Of a stretch of DNA of 64,000 nucleotides, positions 59,683 to 64,000 are shown in pieces. The notes beneath the pieces are model-generated. The model was not told the origin of the DNA. It did not search any database and was given only the letters and a program-made list of their open reading frames with translations. How positions within the stretch are numbered: the stretch's first letter is position 1; each line of letters opens with the position of its first letter. The position numbers and the translations under genes were made by a program. Source of the DNA: Alphaproteobacteria bacterium (GTDB lineage Bacteria > Pseudomonadota > Alphaproteobacteria > UBA828); NCBI GenBank assembly GCA_965214705.1, contig CBDCCI010000001.1, forward strand, positions 192,001 to 256,000, read 5' to 3'.

Positions 59683-60834
59683 CTAACCGGCCCCGCCGAC
59701 GGTAATCGACTGGCCGGGGCGCAGGCGCTCGTTGCCGCGCACGACCACGGGCTCGCCGGGCCCGAGGCCGCCCAGCACCTCGAAGCGGCCGCCGACGGCG
59801 GCACCCAGCTGCACCGGACGAATCTGCGCCTCTCCGTCCTTGGCGACGTAGACGAAGGCCTGACCCTGATTGCGGACGATGGCGTCCTTGTGCACCGTCA
59901 GCACGTCGCGGCCTCGCCCGGCCGGCAGCACCACCGTCGCCGACTGGTTAATCGCGAGCGGCTTGCGCAGTGTCGAGAAGTGCGGCGTGAAACGCACCTG
60001 ACGGGTGCGAGTGAGCGCGTTCTCCTCCGGCACGACGGTGCGCACGACTGCCGTGTGCTCGCTCCCATCGTCGAGGACCACCGAGACCTGCGTGCCGGTA
60101 TCGAGAGCCCCGATACGGCTCGACGGCACATCGGCTTCGACCTCAAGATCCTGGTTGTTGATCATGGACACCACCCGCTCGCCGACGCCAAGCCAAGCGC
60201 CGACCTCGGTGTGCACCAGAGTGATGACGCCGGGGTAGGGCGCGGTGATCGTGGCCCATGCGAGGTCGATCTCGGCGAGCGAGAGGCTTGCCGCAGCGCT
60301 GAGCCGGGCGGCATCGGCCGTACCGATGGCGCTCTCGGCGATAATCACCTGCTGTCGAGCATCCTCGAAGCGGCTCTGGCTGAACGCGGCCGAATCCCGA
60401 AGCCCTTCCAGCCGTCGCAACTCCTGACGGTGAAGGGTCGACTGGGCTATCAGGCGCTCCACTTGAGCCTGGGCCTCATTGACGATCGCCGCCAGGCGAT
60501 CCCGCTCGGCCCGAAGCCGGATCGTGTCCAGGACGGCGATGGGATCGCCCGTCTCTACGCGATCGCCGACGAATACGTGGAGCGCCGCGACCGGGCCTGC
60601 GGTGCGCGCGGCGACCTCGCCTGCCCGCTTGGCGACCAGGCGCCCGATCACCGGTACGGTCTGCGCCATGGCCTCCATGCGCACCTCGTCGACGGAGACC
60701 ACGGCCGGCGGCTGTTGCGCCGCCCCCTCGCCCGTACCCGCCCCGAGCCAGAGCGCAGCGGCGACGGCGGCGGCGGCGGCCAGAGCCCGAAGGCCGTGCC
60801 GAGAGAGACCGTGTCTCCTCCGGCGTTCGCTCAC
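59683..60834 (-). CDS. RND periplasmic adaptor (membrane fusion protein)
   Basis: N-terminal anchor, lipoyl-type VGDRVETGD and ITAPYPG, helical hairpin, VVVRGNERLRPG. Confidence 0.92.
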   Translation of the reverse strand: MSERRRRHGLSRHGLRALAAAAAVAAALWLGAGTGEGAAQQPPAVVSVDEVRMEAMAQTVPVIGRLVAKRAGEVAARTAGPVAALHVFVGDRVETGDPIAVLDTIRLRAERDRLAAIVNEAQAQVERLIAQSTLHRQELRRLEGLRDSAAFSQSRFEDARQQVIIAESAIGTADAARLSAAASLSLAEIDLAWATITAPYPGVITLVHTEVGAWLGVGERVVSMINNQDLEVEADVPSSRIGALDTGTQVSVVLDDGSEHTAVVRTVVPEENALTRTRQVRFTPHFSTLRKPLAINQSATVVLPAGRGRDVLTVHKDAIVRNQGQAFVYVAKDGEAQIRPVQLGAAVGGRFEVLGGLGPGEPVVVRGNERLRPGQSITVGGAG

Positions 60835-61283
60835 TGGAGCTTCCTCCCGTCGCCTCGACCGGCGCAGGGTCGCCGATGAGCAGCCAGCGCACGGCCGATC
60901 GCGACGACTTCTGGCACCGCCATCCGCCCGGTGGCAACCGCCTCGTCGGGCTCCATGAAGCGCAGAACGAGCGGCTCGCCCGGTGGCGTTGCCGGCTCGC
61001 CTTCTCCCTCGACCGCGTAATAGATGGGCGTGTACAGCCCGTGAATCCAGTGGCTGTAGAGGGTTCCCGGAACGTGAAGCAGGCGGATCGGCTCGACTTC
61101 GAGGCGACCTTCCTCCATGAACTCGCGGCGCAATGCCTGCTCCGGCGTCTCGCCTGCCTCCACCGCGCCGCCGGGGAGCTTGAGCACGTCGCGCCCGCCG
61201 ACCTGCTCATCCGCGATCAGCACACGGCCCCCGCGCACCAGCACGCCGTAGACGCGAACGTTGGCCGGGCCTTGCTGAGTCAC
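60831..61283 (-). CDS. NUDIX hydrolase
   Basis: GGGAG RBS before GTG 61283; Nudix box PGGAVEAGETPEQALRREFMEE. Confidence 0.9.
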   Translation of the reverse strand: MTQQGPANVRVYGVLVRGGRVLIADEQVGGRDVLKLPGGAVEAGETPEQALRREFMEEGRLEVEPIRLLHVPGTLYSHWIHGLYTPIYYAVEGEGEPATPPGEPLVLRFMEPDEAVATGRMAVPEVVAIGRALAAHRRPCAGRGDGRKLQ

Positions 61284-61454
61284 AGTGCTTCTCCCCTCGC
61301 AATTCGCTGCGCGGCACGCGCTGCCTGCCATTTGGCCCGCCGTTTCTACACGAAGCGAATGCGCCGGTCACAACGAAGTCGGCACGCGCGAAGCGGGGCG
61401 AGAGGCGCATGGCGCTGCGTCGCTGGCCGGGCTATAAGCCCTCGCGGAGGGACA

Positions 61455-62510
61455 ATGGCAAGAAAAACCCGGAGCGGCGCGGCGGTCGGCATCATCGCCA
61501 ACCCCGCCGCCGGCCGCGACATCAGGCGCCTGGTCGCCCAAGCATCGGTGTTCCCGATCGCCGAGAAGCGCAACATGATCACGCGCATTTTCTCGGCCCT
61601 GGGCGCGGTCGGCGTGAGCACCTGCTACATGATTCCGGACGAGAGCGGCATCGCCGACCGGGTGAAGCGCGCGATCGGCCTGGGTCCGCCGGACGGCCAG
61701 GTGTGGCCCGAGGTGGAGTTCCTCGACATGCCGATCGAGGGCTCGCCTGTCGACACGCTCGAAGCCACCGCCCGCATGGTCGCGCGAGGTGTCGGCGGAA
61801 TCATGGTGCTTGGCGGCGACGGCACCAACCGGCTGGTCGCGCAGGCCTGCGACGGCGTGCCGCTGACCTCGCTCTCGACGGGGACCAACAACGTCTTTCC
61901 GATGATGCGCGAAGCGACCATCGCCGGCCTCGCGGCGGGGCTGGTCGCGACCGGCGCACTGCCGCAGGACGAGGCAGCGCGGCGCAACAAGGTGCTTCGG
62001 GTCACGGTCAACGGCGCACCGCGCGACATCGCGCTTGTCGACGTCTGCGTCAGCGACGAGACCTGGACCGGGGCGAAGGCACTCTGGCGGGCCGATTCGC
62101 TCGACCAGTTGTTTGTGACGTTTGCCGAGGCCGACGCCATCGGCCTCTCGTCGGTCGCGGGTCTCGTGCGTCCGGTCTCGCGCGATGAGCCGACCGGCGT
62201 CGCCGTCGATCTGGCGGCAGCGCCGGGCGCGGCACGGACGGTCTCGGCACCGCTGGCACCGGGGCTGATGGCGGAGATCGGGGTCGAAAGGGTGGTCGAT
62301 CTGGAGGCCGGCGTGCCGCATCCCATCCGGCTCGAGCGCGGCGTGGTGGCACTCGACGGCGAGCGCGAAATCGCCTTCGGCCCCAACGATCGGGTGGCGG
62401 TGGTACTGCAGCCGGACGGCCCGCTCACCGTCGAGATTGCCCGGGCGATGGCACTCGCGGCAAGGGAAGGGCTGCTGGAACAGCCAACTTCTGCGCGCGT
62501 ACCCTCGTGA
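61455..62510 (+). CDS. acoX: AcoX-like ATP-NAD kinase family protein
   Basis: GGAGG RBS; VGIIANPAAGRDIRRLVA, LGGDGT, STGTNNVFP, ALDGERE. Confidence 0.82.
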   Translation: MARKTRSGAAVGIIANPAAGRDIRRLVAQASVFPIAEKRNMITRIFSALGAVGVSTCYMIPDESGIADRVKRAIGLGPPDGQVWPEVEFLDMPIEGSPVDTLEATARMVARGVGGIMVLGGDGTNRLVAQACDGVPLTSLSTGTNNVFPMMREATIAGLAAGLVATGALPQDEAARRNKVLRVTVNGAPRDIALVDVCVSDETWTGAKALWRADSLDQLFVTFAEADAIGLSSVAGLVRPVSRDEPTGVAVDLAAAPGAARTVSAPLAPGLMAEIGVERVVDLEAGVPHPIRLERGVVALDGEREIAFGPNDRVAVVLQPDGPLTVEIARAMALAAREGLLEQPTSARVPS

Positions 62511-62611
62511 CGGCACTTTCTCCGGCCAGGACGCGGCGTGACGGACAGGAAGGGCTTGCCCAGCGGCCGGCTTTGGCTAACATGCCCGGCGACAACTGAC
62601 GGGGAACGGCC

Positions 62612-62890
62612 GTGGCTATCTTGGACGAGCATCGTAAGCGTCGACTGCGCCAGCTCTGGTACTCGGGCGAAACGCCTGCGCTGTTGGCCGCGCTGATCTT
62701 CTGTGTCGTCACTGCCTACCTGATGGTGAGTGCGGAGCTCCTCCCTGCGGAAGACGGATATGGCATCGCCGGAGTACTCTTCATCTACGTCACCGTGTTC
62801 GTGCTGGCGGGCGGCATCGTCAAGATGCTGCTGAGGCCGGCGTTGCGGTGGTGGGCGAAGTCCCGCGCCGGAGGCGACGGCGGGGCTTAA
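62612..62890 (+). CDS. Small membrane protein (2 TM), hypothetical
   Basis: GGGGAA upstream of GTG; two hydrophobic segments. Confidence 0.65.
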   Translation: MAILDEHRKRRLRQLWYSGETPALLAALIFCVVTAYLMVSAELLPAEDGYGIAGVLFIYVTVFVLAGGIVKMLLRPALRWWAKSRAGGDGGA

Positions 62891-62929
62891 GGCCCTTGGC
62901 GGCGCAGCCGGCCGCCCCATCCGCATCCC

Positions 62930-63925
62930 TTGTCCCTTCGGGACTCCGAGCCTTCTGACGATCCGAGCGCTATACGCGTCGGCCGCGCTCGCCGCTGGGC
63001 CGCGCGGCCGGCGGGGTTCTGGATCGCGGTCGCGCTGCTCTTTCTCACCGGCGTCCTCTACGGCCTGAGTTACTCGCTCACCGGGGTCTCGGTCGCCAAC
63101 GGCGTTCCCTTCACCAGCTTCGTGCTGCTGATGGGCATGGGTGGGGCCGCGGTCAGCCTGCTCCTGGCGCTCATCTACGGGCAGCCGCCGCCGCTCTCCC
63201 GCGCCCACATAAGCTCCTACGCAGTCGCCGGCATCTCCGGCTATGGCGTGCCCTTCCTGACCGTGGGCTTCGTCAGCGGTGAAGGCGTGCCGGCCGGCAT
63301 CATCAGCATGCTCGTGGTGCTGTCCCCCATCCTCACCTACGTGGGCGCGGTCGCCTTCAGGCTGGAAAGGATCTGGTGGCCTCGGGTCCTCGGCTTCGCC
63401 GTCGGTATCGTCGGCGTGGCGCTCTTGGTGGTGCCGGAAACCAGCTTGCCCTCGCGCGACCTGGTGCCGTGGATCCTGCTCGCACTGCTGCTGCCCGTGG
63501 GCTACACGACCACCAGCTTGGCCACTGCGATCATGCGCCCACCGGCGACCGACTCCCTCCACTTCGCGTTCGGCTTCTTCTTCTTCGGCTCGCTCCCTAT
63601 CCTCGCGGCGGTGGCCGCGACCGACGGCTGGTGGTGGTTTGAGGGTCCGATGGACGCGGGCGACTGGGCGCTGATCACCGCCATCTTCGTCCAGGCTCTT
63701 GGCATCTACCTGTTCGTCGAGCTGATCCGCTTTCTTGGACCGGTCTTTTTCTCGACGGTGAACTTCATCGTGGCCCTTTCCGGCATCGGCTGGGGCATCC
63801 TGTTCTTCGGCGAAAGCCACAGCCATTGGGTCTGGCTCGCCCTGCTCTGCCTCATGCTGGGGGTCTTCTTCGTCATCCTGCGCCGCCGCGAGCGCCCGGA
63901 GCCGGGGGAGGCCGAGCCGGGCTAG
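62930..63925 (+). CDS. EamA/DMT family transporter
   Basis: About 10 TM segments, LSPILTY...RLER, GPVFFS, ILFFGE; start uncertain. Confidence 0.85.
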   Translation: MSLRDSEPSDDPSAIRVGRARRWAARPAGFWIAVALLFLTGVLYGLSYSLTGVSVANGVPFTSFVLLMGMGGAAVSLLLALIYGQPPPLSRAHISSYAVAGISGYGVPFLTVGFVSGEGVPAGIISMLVVLSPILTYVGAVAFRLERIWWPRVLGFAVGIVGVALLVVPETSLPSRDLVPWILLALLLPVGYTTTSLATAIMRPPATDSLHFAFGFFFFGSLPILAAVAATDGWWWFEGPMDAGDWALITAIFVQALGIYLFVELIRFLGPVFFSTVNFIVALSGIGWGILFFGESHSHWVWLALLCLMLGVFFVILRRRERPEPGEAEPG

Positions 63926-64000
63926 CCGCGCCACACGGGCCCCTGACCGGTCCTGGGCCCACCGGCGTTGCGTTCGCCCCGGATTGCCATGTCGATCCCC

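Noticed and set aside
61625-63934. 769-aa minus-strand ORF
   Set aside because: Antisense to acoX and the DMT gene; no recognisable domain.

Overview
High-GC (roughly 70% by eye) alphaproteobacterial chromosome segment with Rhodospirillales-like gene order. About 1-15 kb is an accessory catabolic region: luciferase-like monooxygenase, aromatic acid-CoA ligase, GMC oxidoreductase, deacetylase, cysteine hydrolase, a sugar ABC transporter with no binding protein, and a divergent urease-like ureAB-ureC-ureD operon. The rest is mostly core genes (OmpR-type two-component system, degP, asmA, dapD/dapE, yejABEF, ftsY-mtaB-dapF, tkt-gap-pgk-fbaB, kdsB/cycM, rsmB-rpe, cspA, an RND operon with nfi, acoX-like). 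No rRNA, tRNA, CRISPR array or transposase was recognised. Main observations: (1) a urease homologue keeps every di-nickel ligand but has a remodelled substrate pocket, and only UreD lies beside it, so it may act on something other than urea; (2) all three toxin-antitoxin loci have an intact antitoxin and an apparently disarmed toxin (two internal deletions, one catalytic Asp-to-Asn change that is silent for the overlapping antitoxin stop); (3) a TAXI binding protein appears to have lost one whole lobe in frame; (4) a class II aldolase-like half protein sits in the glycolytic operon; (5) a coupled NUDIX-RND-endonuclease V operon. Family calls come from motif recognition by eye; no searches were run.
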